A stretch of 39,520 nucleotides of DNA from Octopus bimaculoides (GCF_001194135.2 NC_068983.1:89574030-89613549), one strand, 5' to 3'. Shown: positions 1 to 13,105, numbered from the stretch's first letter. Numbers and translations are program-made. Notes: a model not told the origin generated them from the letters alone.

Positions 1-330
1 GTGACCGTTGCCAGTACTGCCTGATTGGCCTTGTAGGGTTTTCGAGCGAGATCGTTGCCAGTGCCCCTGGACTGGCTCTTGTGCGGGTGGCACATAAAAG
101 ACACCATTTCGAGCGTGGCCGTTTTCGTGCGGGTGACACGTAAAAGCACCCACTACACTCTCTGAGTGGTTGGCGTTAGGAAGGGCATCCAGCTGTAGAA
201 ACTCTGCCAAATTAGATTGGAGCCTGGTGTAGCCATCCGGTTGCACTAGTCCTCAGTCAAATCGTCCAACCCATGCTAGCATGGAAAGCAGACGTCAAAC
301 GATGATGATGATGACGATGATGATGATGAT
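1..330 (+). mobile_element. 3' UTR/tail of RTE-clade LINE (or SINE sharing that tail), ending in (GAT)n
   Basis: Same module series and terminal CCCATGCTAGCATGGAAAG...(GAT)n as the 3' end of the RTE copy at 28260-28655; runs off the window start. Confidence 0.85.
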
Positions 331-3300
331 TAGAATTTTCTTATTGTCAAATAAAATTTCATCAAACTATTTCTCTGTTATTTATGACTATACACTTCTT
401 AACCTTTTTCACTCGTATCATACTATAATATTCTATATGTTTTGTAGAATGATACATTAAGGAGTTCTTTTTATGAGTACTACCAGATTACTTGAATCCA
501 TATATTATGACTTAAATTTATATAGAGAGAGAAACCAAAGTCTGAAAATTTTCAGATGATGAACATTCAAGTTTATAGATATCTATAGATTAATGGAGCA
601 AACTTACACAGAGTACAAAAGATACAGAAAATTAAAGGGGCAAAGGTAAGGTGTTACAAGTCCTACAGCTCTTTCTGGGGGCTTGGAGTTACTTCATAAT
701 GTTGGCAGATGTAGTTCACCAAAATATGTAACCAATAATGGAAGTGAATAAACATTGGATAAATCAGGCCTCCATCTTCAGGAAGGAGGTGGGTAGCTCA
801 GCAGGGGTGTGGGGAGTGTTGAAGCAAGGAAAAGCAAGAAGAGATAAGAGAATCAGTTCAGGAAGATGGAGGAAGATGGATCAGAGTATTGAGAGAAATA
901 GTAACAGTAGAAGTGGAGTCAGGAGATGTTAAAATTTAGAGATAGTATGCTAATTTCTAGCTAGCAACCAAAGTATACTATAATGTATCTGGATCAGAAG
1001 AATTTCATGGCATTCAATGACATTTTAAAAATTCAATTTTTCTGATGCTTTATGGATCTTTGTTGAACAACTGGTAAAGCCTTGATTTCCTCTTCAATAA
1101 TTTGGGTTAATGCTGGACTGTTCCTATTCACATGCTTGATGAGCCTGACTTCCCAATATGTCACTGCAACATCCATGAATGGATCATCCATTTATAAGAC
1201 TTCATTTGTATGGGATTATTCAACATATCAACACTGGAATTCTCTCCAGTGAAATCAGAGTTTGGTCAACTTTTTGTGACTTATTATTCTAAATAAGGCT
1301 ATATCTTCAGTTGAGACAGTGTTAATTCAACCATCTGGATATGTGATATGAGTAGATTGATGATTAAACCATCTACAAAACAACTTCTCCCAAGTTCAGA
1401 GAGACATCTTGGTAAAGACTGACATATTGACAAGTAAAGTTGAAAGTTGAATAATTTTTTTTTTTGAGCTGTCAAATGAGAGACCTAGTTGCATAGTGTG
1501 TTCTTCTTAAACATCACTGTATCATTTTTCTGGCAGCTTTCTCAACCAAAATATTATTGCTGTCCACAGAGTTCTATTTAGATGTTCTCCTTCACTGATT
1601 CCAGCAAAATGGCATGGAATTGTATTAGTTTGAACAACATTATAGTTTTCATAAAAATTACAAACATCTCAAGACATAAACAGGGACCCTTGGTCTAAAT
1701 GAACTGAAGCTGGAGTACTAAACCTGAAAACTATACATTGAAGATAATGACAACTACAACAACAACAACAAGAGCAACAGTTGCAATGGCAACTACAGCA
1801 GCAACAAGAACAACAGAAACAGCAAGACAGGTACAATAGCAACTACAACAACAAAGTCAACAGTTGTTGGAATTATTGTTGCAGTCAAAAAACACTTCAG
1901 GTTCGTTTTCAGTAGACACAGTTGCCAATTCAATTGAAGAATTCACAAATAATCTGGAAGAAGGGTTTACATTTTCTGCTTACTTCAGAAGGTATAAAGG
2001 AATCTTCAAGGAAGAGTGTAAAAGATGGACGGACAAACAGATGGAACGTCTTCTTTTAAGGAAATTATCACCAGCAGAACATTAAAAGCTTTGTAATTGC
2101 ATCTTGCTGAAAAAAACATCTGAAATTTGTTTCAAGGAAACAATTAAGCTATTATCTAAAATATTCAACGAAAGAAGTTCACTATTTAATATTCACCAGG
2201 AGTGTTTGAATTAGAAAAAAAAAAAAGAAACAGAAAATTTAGTCATGTATGCTGGAATCGTAAATAGAGAATGTGAAAAATTTAAACTCGACGAATTAAG
2301 CCCAGACATACAAGGATTAACAGCAAGTAAAGATGCAGCGGTAAGGACTCAAATATTGACAAAGCATGAACAAGATTCAAAACTAATTCTACAAATAATG
2401 GCTGAAGAATGCCAAAGAATTATAAATCTATGACAGGATATAGAAAAACTTGAAAAAGATTATCAAAATATACATGTGTCTACCGGTAACAGATATGAAA
2501 AAAGAAAAAACAACAGTCAATACCCAAACCATGTCATGGATGTGGTGAAATACATTTCAAAAGAAACTGTCCTTTTAAGAATCTAAAACATTTTGGATGT
2601 GGGAAAAATTGGACACAAGAATTCACATTGTTGAGTGAAACAAAAAAGGTCGAATGAAAAAATTCAAGAAGGAAAGCATTGTCAAAGCGAGGCACAAAAA
2701 GAAAATTTGTCTCTATAAATAAAGATAATGTGAATACAAAATTACAGTTGGACACAATAATTAATGAGGATACATGGAGAAAAAATAAGAAGGCCTGCAT
2801 TGAAAAAACTGCAAAAATGGCTAGAGGCATTTCAGGAAAACAATTACAATTTTGGGGTGAAATTATTAGTGAGGTAACATTTCATGGGAAAACTTTGAAG
2901 GCTAAAGTTTTTGTATCAAAAAATATGATGAACCTTTTTGGCACAGACTGGAGAGAATTGTTTACTTTATGGAACCTACCCGTAAATATTTTTTTGCAAT
3001 AATGTAAACGGTTATAATGCCAGTTCAAATAAGGTGTCGGAAGATTTAAAAAAGAAATTGAAAAACATTTTTCCTGATGTTTTTTCGGAAGAATTAGGTA
3101 GATGCACAAAGGCAAAAGTAAAATTTCAAGTAAAAGAAAACACTGTACCAGTGTTTAAACCGAAGTGATCTGTACCTTTCATGGCATTGAATCAAGTCAG
3201 TGAGGAATTAGATAGGCTAGAAAAGCTGGGAGTTAAAGAAAAAGTTGATTATTCAGAATGGGCAGCACTGACTGTTTATGTAAAGAAAAACAATAACAAA

Positions 3301-3872
3301 ATACGAGTATGCACAGACTTTTCAACAAGTTTGAATGAATGTTTAAGGACATACAATTATCCACTACCAAGCCCAGAAGAAATGTTTTGTGAAACTCAAT
3401 GGAGGAATATCTTTCTCAAAATTGGACTTGTCAGAGGTGTGTTTACAGTTACAAGTTGAAGAAGAATGTTCGGAATTATTAACGATAAACACTCATAAAG
3501 GTTTATATAAATTCAATCAATTTCCTTTCGGGATAAAGGTGGCACCTAGTATTTTCCAACAGGTGATGGACACAATGCTTGCAGATACAGATTTCGCTAT
3601 AGCCTATTTGGATGACATACTCATAAAAAGTGGGTCTAGAGGACAGCATAAGGAACATGTTAAAATGGTTTTTGAGAAGATAAAGGAGTATGGATTCAAA
3701 CTTAGTGAGGAAAAATGTGAATTTTTCATGCCAGAAATGAAGTATCTTGGGCAAATTATTGATAAAAATGGTTGCAGGCCAGATCCTTCAAAATCAACAG
3801 CAATAAGAAATATGCCTACCCTGAAAAATATTACATTACAAGCATTCTTAGGGCTTGCAAACTATTACCAAA

Positions 3873-4050
3873 CATTGAAAAATACCTTAGGAATGAGAAC
3901 CTTGGTTTGAAATTTCCCCAAGACACCTGATGAAGGCTGGAGGGTATATCAGCCGAAACATTATGTTAACAACAAACAAGATGAGAACAAATATCAGTCA
4001 AATGTTAATAATGTAAATGATGTACATAATTCCTCATCTCTTAAATATAG
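3873..4050 (+). mobile_element. ~178-bp insertion splitting Gypsy pol, carrying a hammerhead-like motif (Penelope-type non-autonomous fragment)
   Basis: Pol reads ...ANYYQ up to 3871 and resumes NYI-PNVHELRAP at 4051; the intervening sequence is non-pol and contains CTGATGA...GAAAC. Confidence 0.7.
3922..3967 (+). ncRNA. Degenerate minimal type-I hammerhead ribozyme motif
   Basis: CTGATGA (3927-3933), stem II GGCTG/CAGCC (3935-3939/3950-3954), GAAAC (3955-3959), stem I GACAC (3922-3926) with ATGTT (3963-3967; 4 of 5 pairs). Confidence 0.55.
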
Positions 4051-5898
4051 AACTATATTACCAAACGTGCATGAGCTAAGAGCACCCCTAAACAACCTAT
4101 TGAAAAAAAGATGTAAAATGGTATTGGTCAGATAGGTGTCAAAAAGCATTCAAAGAAATTTTAAAAGTTTTAACATCGGAACTGTCCTTATCGCACTTTG
4201 ATCCAAATTTAAAAATAGTAGTAGCATCAGATGCTTGCAAAAGTGGTATCAGAGCGATAATTTTACACAAGTATGAAAATGGTAATTTAAAACCCATCAC
4301 TCATGCTTCACATTCATTGTTGGCAGCTGAAAAAAACTACAGCCAAATTGAGAAGGAGGTACTAGCCATTATTCTTGTGGTGAAAAAATTTCACAAATTC
4401 ATACATGGACGGAAATTCAGCCTGCAAACAGATCACTGCACATTGTTATCAATTTTCAGATAGAAAAAAGGTATCCCCACACATACAGCCAACCGATTGC
4501 AGTGTTGGGGGACAATCCTGCTAAATTATGATTTTAACATGGAATTTCTACCATTGAAAAAATTAGGACATGCAGATGGGCTGTCAAGATTGATTCCTAA
4601 ATACAATGAACCGTTAGAGGACACGGTAATAGCGGCATTAAAAGCTGAAATTGAAATGAAAAATATACCTTGCAACCTAGTATGTGAACTACCTGTCACT
4701 TTAGAAGAAATAAAAATTAAAGCAGAGAAGGATGCGTTCATATTAAAAATGGAAAAAACAGTGAAACAGTTTTGAAATGGTATTTGATATGTGATGACAT
4801 AATTATATATGCTCAGAGAGTTGTAATACTTGTTTCTTTGCAAAACCATATGTTAAAAGAATTCCACATGGGACACCCAGGGATCGTGAGAATGAAAGCA
4901 TTGATGGGAAGCTATGTTTACTAGCTGAATATGGATCAGGATATTGAAAAATTGGTGAAAGCCTGCAGGGGTTATGCCCTGGCAGCAAAGTTCAACCTTG
5001 GCCCAACACTGATGTAACTTGGTCAAGATTACACAAAGACTTTGCAGGGCCATTAAATGGAGGGTATTATTTAATAATCATGGATAGTTACACGAAATGG
5101 CCAGAAATATGTAAATGTGGGAAGCCAACTTCCAAAGTAATGATGGAATTTCTGGACAAACTTTTTGTGCAATATGGCATCCTAGACACTATAGTGTCTG
5201 ATAATGGAACACAGTTCACATCTAAGGAATTTTAAAACTTTTGCAAAATGCATGCAATGGAGCATATTACTACTCCGCCATACCATCCAAGATTGAATAG
5301 ACTAGCGGAATATTTCATAGACACATTTAAGAGGGTACTGAAAAAATCTAAAAATGAACTACTAGTTGATACTGCATTGATGCAGTTCTTAAGTCTCTAC
5401 TGAAAAATACCTAACCCCAACACCACATCAGGTATGTCACCAGCTGAACTAATGTTTGCCAGGAAAGTCAGGTCAGTGTTTGACACATTACTACTGGGAA
5501 GAATAGAAAAAATAGACAGAAATGCCAAAAATAAAATGAAATACTTCAAAATCGGTGACAAGGTTTTTTATATATATACAGAAACAGAAAGGAAAGTTGA
5601 GAAGAAGGTATAATAAGTAAATGTTTAGGGAAAATAATGTACATGGTAAAATGTCATACATGGGAACACAAGAGACACCTAAACCAACTGAAAAATTGGT
5701 TTACGGAAGAAAGAATAAAACACGAAGAGTCAATGAAATTTCTTTACGACATTTTTGATGTTCCGATACCTCAAGGAATAATCAAACCAACAAGTACAGC
5801 AACTAGGAAAAGAAAGCAAACAGAACTTTTGCAAGTAGACCCAAAACGAAAAAAATATTCCAATTTCATCCAGGGGAATTGAAAAAAAAGGGTAGGGG

Positions 5899-6189
5899 TG
5901 GTAATAAAGATAATAAATACAAGAAAAATATTGACTTCCAAATGAAAGTCAAACTCAAAAAGGGAAGATGTGGTGAAATCTTCACACCACTGTGGAATAG
6001 CAAGTCAACTGTCCTAAACCATGTAAAGGTGCATGCATACTGCCAGTGAGTACGGTGTGTGCAGGCGCTTTGTGAAGACAGTTGTAGGAGTTGTTGAGAA
6101 GAGATATTGTTTTGTTACATGTTGTTTCTGATTTGTATTTGTATTGTCATAACCTTGTTATAAGTCTATGTTATAAAGTGGCATATACA
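5899..6189 (+). repeat. Possible 3' LTR of the 1750-5898 Gypsy element
   Basis: TG directly after the purine tract and a CA at 6188-6189; no partner LTR to confirm the boundaries. Confidence 0.3.
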
Positions 6190-6333
6190 GTGAGTTCAAA
6201 GAAGGACTTAACAGTGTTGATGAGACACAAAATGAAATAGTAATTTCCTCTTTTTTTTTTTTTACATGGAATGTAATGAAAGAAAATGAACATCTTTTTC
6301 ATTTTCTTCCAGTCTCTTGTAGATTTATATTTA

Positions 6334-7198
6334 TGAGGGGGTATCCAAAAGAAACTTGAATTTTGCAATATTATTTTATTCACTTAGTTTTATCATCTTC
6401 AAAGTATTCTCTATTTGAAGCAATACATCAGTCCAGACATGTTTTCCACTGTTCAAAGCAGTACTGGGACTCTGGTGAAGTGATGCCTTTTAACGCCTCT
6501 GTTGTCTTTTACCTCACCTCTTCCACATCTGCAAATTCTGTAGCACCAGCTTTCTTCACCAGTGATGACTTTTGAAAAAGGTCAGGATCAACTTCCAACT
6601 GTTCTTTCAGTTCATGACATGCATTCAGTTGTGACTACTTTTGATCTTCTGTGAGCAAGCGAAGCACAAATTTTGCTACAACTCCTTTCATTTGTAATTC
6701 CTCACTCAAAATTTGTTGGCAGGAGCACCAGGACATACCAGTCATATCAACAAGTTTGTCAAGTTCAGTGACAATCCTCCAAGATCAGTTCGTGAATTTT
6801 CATGATGTTTTCATTCATTCAGGAGATTGAAAGTTGCCCTGAACGAGGTTGGTCCTCAAGCGACAAGTGAACATTCCAAAAACCACTCATAAACTTGTGT
6901 TTTGCTCATGGCAGTGGCCTTGTAAGCATGAAAACTGTTTCAGTTACTGTTTTCCCCAGCAGAAAACAGAATTTTATGGAAGCACATTGTTCTTTCGGTT
7001 TAGCCATTGCAAAAACTGATGAGTAGGGGAGAAGCACTGAAAAACAAAGATGCACCATGTGGCAGTATGACTTCACCTGATGCCATCAGTCTCCCGACTG
7101 ATGCTTGGTCACATCAAGTGGCTTCTAGCAGCGGAAGCCTGAACTACAACGGGCTTGTCCTACAGAGAACATTTCTAGTTACTTCTGGTACCCCTTTG
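6334..7198 (-). mobile_element. Internally deleted mariner element
   Basis: Degenerate ~27-bp TIRs (TGAGGGGGTATCCAAAAG at 6334; reverse CAAAGGGGTACCAGAAG at 7198), each flanked by TA. Minus strand gives EQCASIKFCFLLGK, EDQPRSG, KVITGEESWCY, then jumps to C-terminal CFEQWK...CIASNREYFE. Confidence 0.75.
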
Positions 7199-7712
7199 TA
7201 TATATCATCATCATCATTTAATGTCCATCTTCTATGCATGCATAGGTAGGATGGTTGACAGGAGCCGGCCAGGTAGAAAAACTACCCTAGACTACTGTGT
7301 TGGTTTTAGTAGGGATTTTACAGCTGGATGCCCTTCCTAACACCAACCACTCAGCAGAATGAACTCAATACTTTCTACGTGGCACTAGCACAGTCAAGCT
7401 TAGTTTTGGTATGATTTTTTCAGCTGGATGCCCTTCCAAATGCCATCCACATTACAGTGTGGACTGGATGCTTTTAACGTAACACCAGCACTGGCAGGGT
7501 CACCAAGTAACTCACAAGACAAGGAATTATGAGAGGAGCGAGGGTATTTGAGGAGGAGAACTTGTGTTAGAGTGTGACAAAGAGACAGAAGCAGATGTCT
7601 TGCCACAACAGAGGGGCATTAGAGGAGGTGATCCATTATCAGAAGATGAAAGGTCAGAGTGTAAAAGAGAAATAGAGTGGCAGAAATAGGTGTCTTGCTA
7701 TGGAAGAGGTAC

Positions 7713-7717
<5 letters not shown>

Positions 7718-7809
<92 letters not shown>

Positions 7810-7818
7810 GAGAGAGAA
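7718..7818. repeat. (GA)n microsatellite
   Basis: Direct read; lies within the RTE 3' UTR. Confidence 0.95.
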
Positions 7819-8575
7819 GTACAAGAAAGAGGCTAGAAATAAGTGTGCTGATGTAAAAGAGACACTTGGTTACCTAGTCAGAGGAAAAACAAGAGAAGGA
7901 GAGAGGCAGTGACCAAAGGGAAATAGAGAGTAGGAAAAGCAAAAGTGTAAGAGAGAGCAGGAAAGAGATGGTGTAGTGTTAGGGTATACTCACAAGTAAC
8001 AAGGATCTGAGCATAGAACCTGGGTAGAAAAATAGGGTGTGGGTGTTGGGTGAGGGGGGGAGCAATACAGTGAACAGGGCAGTGAGGGCAAGAAAGGGGA
8101 CTGGAAAACAATCATAGTTTATGAAGAGGAAATGTGAGGAAGAGAAAGATGCAGTTTGGAAAAGGAGTTGTAGTTCAGTTTCTTAGGGTAGAATAGGTGA
8201 AAAGTGTGTTGTTACATGTGGGTGGGACACAACTCTTCTAGCACTCAGTTTTGTGGACAGGTCTTCTCTAGAACTTCATATCACCAAACATCTTGGTCCA
8301 TTGTCCTTTCCTCCATGAGCCCTAACATCCTAAGATCGGTCCTCATCACTTCATCTCCTGTCTTTCTGGGTCTCCATCTTCCACAGGTATCATCCACTTT
8401 CAGTGACAGGCACTTCTGTATAGAGCTGTTTTCGCTAATAAGCATCACATGTCCAAACCAATACATTCTCCTCTTCTGTATACCACATTTCATCCCTCAT
8501 ATGCCTAACTTTTCTCTCAACACAGTTGTACTTTGTCAGTCATGCACTCTGATGTTTCAAATCCAATGGAGCAAA

Positions 8576-10479
8576 CTGGGGTTTTCCGAAAATCCGCCCA
8601 GGGCTGTTAAACAGATTTTACAGAAGTATTTTTTAGCTTAAATAACTGCCCACCTATAATAAGCACCCATGGGCAGTAACATGGAAGTAAATATTTCATC
8701 TAGGAAAAACAAAGATATTCTCAAAAACCATATTTATTTTATACAATTCCACTGAACTTCTATCATTTCAGTTATCAGATATATAGACATAAAGAAACTG
8801 AAACAGCCTTAAAAGAAGTAGCATATTAAAATATTCTGAAGTCAACAATGGATCTATTAGGAAATATTGAAAATTAAACTGTTGAAAACATGAATAGAAA
8901 CCTCATGTGAACAAATAATATCCTTGGGCATTTATGGTAGAATAATAACTGAATTATTTCAACTTAAATATCACGAATTTCTTTATTTGTTGCTTGGGCA
9001 TTATTCATATCAGAGCAAATTTCATTTACTTGTATCTCATCTTCTTTAATTTTGTCATTATGTGCATCTGGTGCATTTACCTCAAGGCCAGAAAAACATC
9101 CTGTAAGCGTGAGTTTAAGAGGCTATGTTTTACAGTCTGTTCAAGAGGAGCAATTCTACAACATTCAAAAGCACGCTTTATAGTTTATTTAAAGTGGCAA
9201 CAGCTTGGGTCACAAAGTTCACTATCTCTTGATAAGAAGGTTTTCTGCGATATCCTTTATTTGTATACTCCTTTTTGCCATTTGAAAACCAATTCTTCCA
9301 TTCAGCATGAAGGGCTTTCTTGAAAGGACAAATAACTGATACATTTAACGGCTGCAAGTAAGATGTTGTTTTAGGAGGTATAAGTTTGAGAATTGTATTC
9401 CTACGTTTGAACACTTCTAGGAGCTCTGTTTTCTTGTGCACTGAGCATTCATCCATGAATAGCACTGAATTTTGAGCATGGAATAGCTGTGCTGTTCTCT
9501 GCCCAAACACTTTGTCAGCCCACAGCTGCATGAGTTCATATGTGATTGATCCTCTGTTGGAGACTGTTAAGTAAATATTCTTGGGACCTTGATTTTAGGC
9601 ATGTTTTTGAATCCTTTAAGGATAATCATTGTTTTCAACACCTTTCCTGCAGCATTAACACAGCAGAAAAATGAGCTTTGGTAGCACCACAGTGGCTAGC
9701 ATCTACATTTTTATTACCAACAAAGTCTATGGTTGTTGAACTCAACATGTCAACGTATACAGGTGCTTCATCCATATTATAAATCTGCTCAGTATCCTTA
9801 TCTGATACTATCTAGATACTCACTGGCGATTTGTGCCTTTTCTTCAAGTGTTTTATTGTCTGCTTGACCAACATGTGTAATCTTTCACACAGTCAGTTTA
9901 TTCCATTTCATGAAGTTGAAAATCTATTTATCAGAACATCTAAAGCTGTTCATTTCAATTCCAAACCTTTTTACCAATTCAAAAGTATATTCCCATAAAC
10001 GGTGATAATTCACAATTATATTGTTTGCATGCTGAACAACAATCCTCTGTAAGAGTTCAATCTCTAGATCATTAAGTGCTGGTCCTCTTCCTCCACCAAT
10101 TAATCTGCGCCTCCTCTTGTCTGACATATGGATTAACTCAGTTTCTTTTGTGCACCATTCTCTCAATCGTTTTCTATCAATACGTGTCTCTTGATGCAGC
10201 AGATAAATTGCCAGTATGTTCTTTCACTTGTTTAATAGCACTCAATTTTTCACTAATGGTATATGATCATTGAACACGTTTTGGTATATTTTCTTTCAAC
10301 TCCATTATTGGGAATAAAAATCCTTTGAATTTATCTACAGACATGGAGCAAATGAACATCTAAACAGAATGCAAACAAGAACACTAGCTCTGTTTCAAAT
10401 TTTAACCTCAAATAACTGCCCATCCAAATAAACGCCCATGGGTGATCTAATGGATGGGCTGATTTTTGGAAAACCCCAG
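8576..10479 (-). mobile_element. pogo/Tigger-type DDE DNA transposon, transposase decayed
   Basis: ~25-bp TIRs CTGGGGTTTTCC(G/A)AAAATC(C/A)GCCCA; TA on the right, AA on the left; HTH/CENP-B-like 9924-10166; IYNMDEAP, LFMDECSVH and IPPKTTSYLQPLN motifs. Confidence 0.9.
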
Positions 10480-12529
10480 TACTACCTTCATTCCTCTCCA
10501 GTCTATACATATCCTCCCCAGTCAAAGCCCATGTCTCACTATCATGGAACATAGCTGTTCTCACACAAGCATCATAGAACCTACCTTTCAATCTGTTTCT
10601 ATTCTAGAAACAATACTTTCAGAGCATCTACCATCATTAATAATTTGGTCACCTTAGTAGCAGAAACTATCTACTACCTCAAGAGAGCCTCCTGGGCATT
10701 TGAGAGAGTTTAAGTCCCTCATGCCCTTAGTACTTATTGTTCCTGTGCATCTGCCACACATGAAAGCAATCTTATCTGATAACCTACACATGATTCCACT
10801 GCATCTGTTATGTATCCATAGCTTACACTTGGTGCAACATATGGAATTATGTCCCACTCCTATTTACCAGCCAGAATGAGAGTCTTATCTCCTTTCTCAC
10901 TAACAACAACTTTAGTCTTAACTAATTTAACTCTAAGGCCCTTTGATTCCAGGTTTTGCTTCCAAACCCAGAACTTCTTCAATTCTGCTTAAGAATCTGC
11001 AATAAAAGCAAAATCATCAGCATATAGTAGTTTCCATGGGCATCCAGTTTTAAATTCATCTGTTATTGCCTGAAGAACTATGATGAATAAGAATGGAGTA
11101 AGAACTGATCCCTGATGTACTCCAACTTGTGTGCTAAATTCATCACTGTATTCAAGGCCAACTCTCACCTTACTTACAGCATCACTGTACATGGCTTGAA
11201 CAGCTCTAACAAGCCACTTCCTTAGAGACCAACAGATAAGAGAGCAGAGTACCCTGTCAAAAACTTTCTCTGGGTAGACAAAAGTTAAGTACAATGGCTT
11301 ACTTTAGGTCAAATACTTTTCTTGCAACTGTCTCACTATGAAGATGGCATCTGTGGTACTTCTCTCTGGAACAAAACCAAGTTGCATCCCATCTAGTTTA
11401 ATTCTATCCCTAATTAGTTGAGATATAACTCTGTAATTTTCATGACCTGAAACTACATCCAGTAGTTTGATACCTCTGTAGTTGTTTCTATCTAAGGCAT
11501 CACCTTTACCCTTGTAGCAGCTGACTATAATACTGCTACACCAATCTTGGGGGATGATGCCTTCCTGAATAACCTGATTAACTATGCAAGCGATTAGACT
11601 ATATCCCACACCACCTGATATTTTAATCATTTTGGCAGTGATACCCAATGGTCCAGGGGCTTTCCTAGTCTTCATTTTCTTAACTGCCTTATCTATTATA
11701 CTGCTATCAACTCTGGTGGCTGGTCCCTCAATTGGTTCAATATTTGAAACACTCTCCTTCTCCCAATTAGAAAAATAATATTATTGCCATGGTCACAGGT
11801 TTTGCTTTGAACTCACAATGAATAACAGCCAAAATGAAACGTAAACGTGGACTGTCAATAAAAGAAAATAATGATGAAAGAAAACAAATCCACATACACT
11901 CAGAGATACAAATCCACTGTAGAACAATGTGTGCCACAGCACCATTTATTCCTTCAAACGAGAAAGGCCCAACTGCTTTCTACTTGAATATGGGTTCTGT
12001 CTTGCAAGTTTACTAATTCAATGTTGTGCTTCACCATTCTATGGTGAAATTGGTACCATAGTATCTCAAGAATATGCAAGTATGCATGTCATGGGATCAC
12101 TGTAAATAGTTATTCTTGGCAGAATTGATTGTTGAATGCAATCTGCGAGCACAGTGAACAGAGAATAAAATAAAGTATCAAAAAGCTAATTAGCATTATA
12201 ATCAATATTATTCAACAACCAATAATACTCTTGAGTTAATCCAATAAATATGAGAGACAACTCTAGGCATGTTTTGATTTTATTCTGACTTATTCAGTGA
12301 AACACTGTTTTCACTGTATTTGCTGACAGAATCACTCAACTGTGATTAGAAGGATATCTCTATGTTATTTCAAACAAGCTGAAGAAGCTCCCTTTTTGGG
12401 ATATGGAACTAGCACTTATCAACTTGGAAGATTGGATGGCATTCTTTTGATATTATGAACTTACTTTGAAAGAATGCTGATTAACAAAAGGGGTCAAAAT
12501 AAATGTGATAAAACATGTAATCTGGCTCT

Positions 12530-12559
12530 CTTTCTCTCTCTCTCTTACACACACACACA

Positions 12560-12592
<33 letters not shown>

Positions 12593-12619
12593 TCTCTCTC
12601 TCACACACACACACACACA

Positions 12620-12650
<31 letters not shown>

Positions 12651-12674
12651 TCTCTCTCTCTCTCTCTCTCTCTC
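12530..12674. repeat. Compound (CT)n/(CA)n microsatellite
   Basis: Direct read. Confidence 0.95.
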
Positions 12675-12879
12675 CGAATATAAGGATTTCATGCACTAGC
12701 TGTAATTATTTCTAACATTAGCACAGGGAGGGAGAATATCTATTAATCCGACTTCCATATTGTCGATTCTGGACAAAAGAAATATGATGTTTTTATGGAA
12801 ATTTGTAATTGCTGAGTTACGATGCTGAATAGTGCACATGTCTGACAAGTAACTCAAAAGCACTCACCTTAATATTAGC

Positions 12880-13105
12880 AGATACTGATTTCAAATTTTG
12901 ACACAAGACCAGCAATTTCGGGAGAGGGTGATAAGTCAATTACATCAATCCCAGTGCTCAACTGGTACTTATTTTATTGACCCCAAAAGTATGAAAGGCA
13001 AAGTCGATCCTGGTGGAATTTGAACTCAGAATGTAATGTCAGAAGAAATACCACTAGGCAGTTTTTCTGGCACAGTAACGATTGTGCCAGCTTGTCACCT
13101 TAGTA
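12880..13105 (-). mobile_element. tRNA-derived SINE
   Basis: Minus strand has a B-box (GAGTTCAAATTCC) followed by GACTTTGCCTTTCAT...AAATAAGTACCAG; homologous to 18251-18435. The core resembles Meta-type SINE domains as I recall them (unverified). Confidence 0.75.

Larger units (their letters stand above)
1750..5898 (+). mobile_element. Degenerate Ty3/Gypsy internal region (K02A2.6-like/Mag-type gag-pol), many stops and frameshifts
   Basis: Gln-rich N-terminus; gag FSAYFRRY and YAGIVNRECEKFKL; RT KIRVCTDFSTSLN, FGIKVAPSIFQ, AYLDDILI; RNase H VASDA and NYSQIEKE; integrase region 5030-5340; purine tract 5881-5898. No 5' LTR found. Confidence 0.9.
7205..11765 (-). mobile_element. 5'-truncated RTE-clade LINE (RT pseudogene plus long 3' UTR and (GAT)n tail), interrupted by a pogo element
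   Basis: KAPGP...KGKGDALDRNNYRGIKLL (11304-11675), GVHQGSVLTPFLF...LYADD (10989-11294), ACVRTAM...ETW (10480-10591), YWFGHV...GRWRPRKT (8281-8493); tail at 7205-7450. Confidence 0.9.

Noticed and set aside
1000-1620. Possible ancient LINE fragment on the minus strand (VTYWEVRLIK...NSPALTQI resembling the pre-RT linker)
   Set aside because: Too degraded to support a family call by eye.
1750-1860. (CAA/CAG)-rich tract as a host polyglutamine gene
   Set aside because: Contiguous with the Gypsy gag frame; best read as the element's own low-complexity N-terminus.
7700-7912. Low-complexity ORFs (ER repeats here; CV/HT repeats at 12453-12699, 36061-36400, 37471-37779)
   Set aside because: Translations of microsatellites, not genes.
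12700-12775. Minus-strand ...CAG|A ATC GA CAA TAT GGA AGT CGG resembling PEX11 exon 2 (QYGSR)
   Set aside because: QYGSR is one base out of frame with a phase-2 acceptor, hits a stop within 10 codons and has no donor; likely a chance match in repeat-like DNA.
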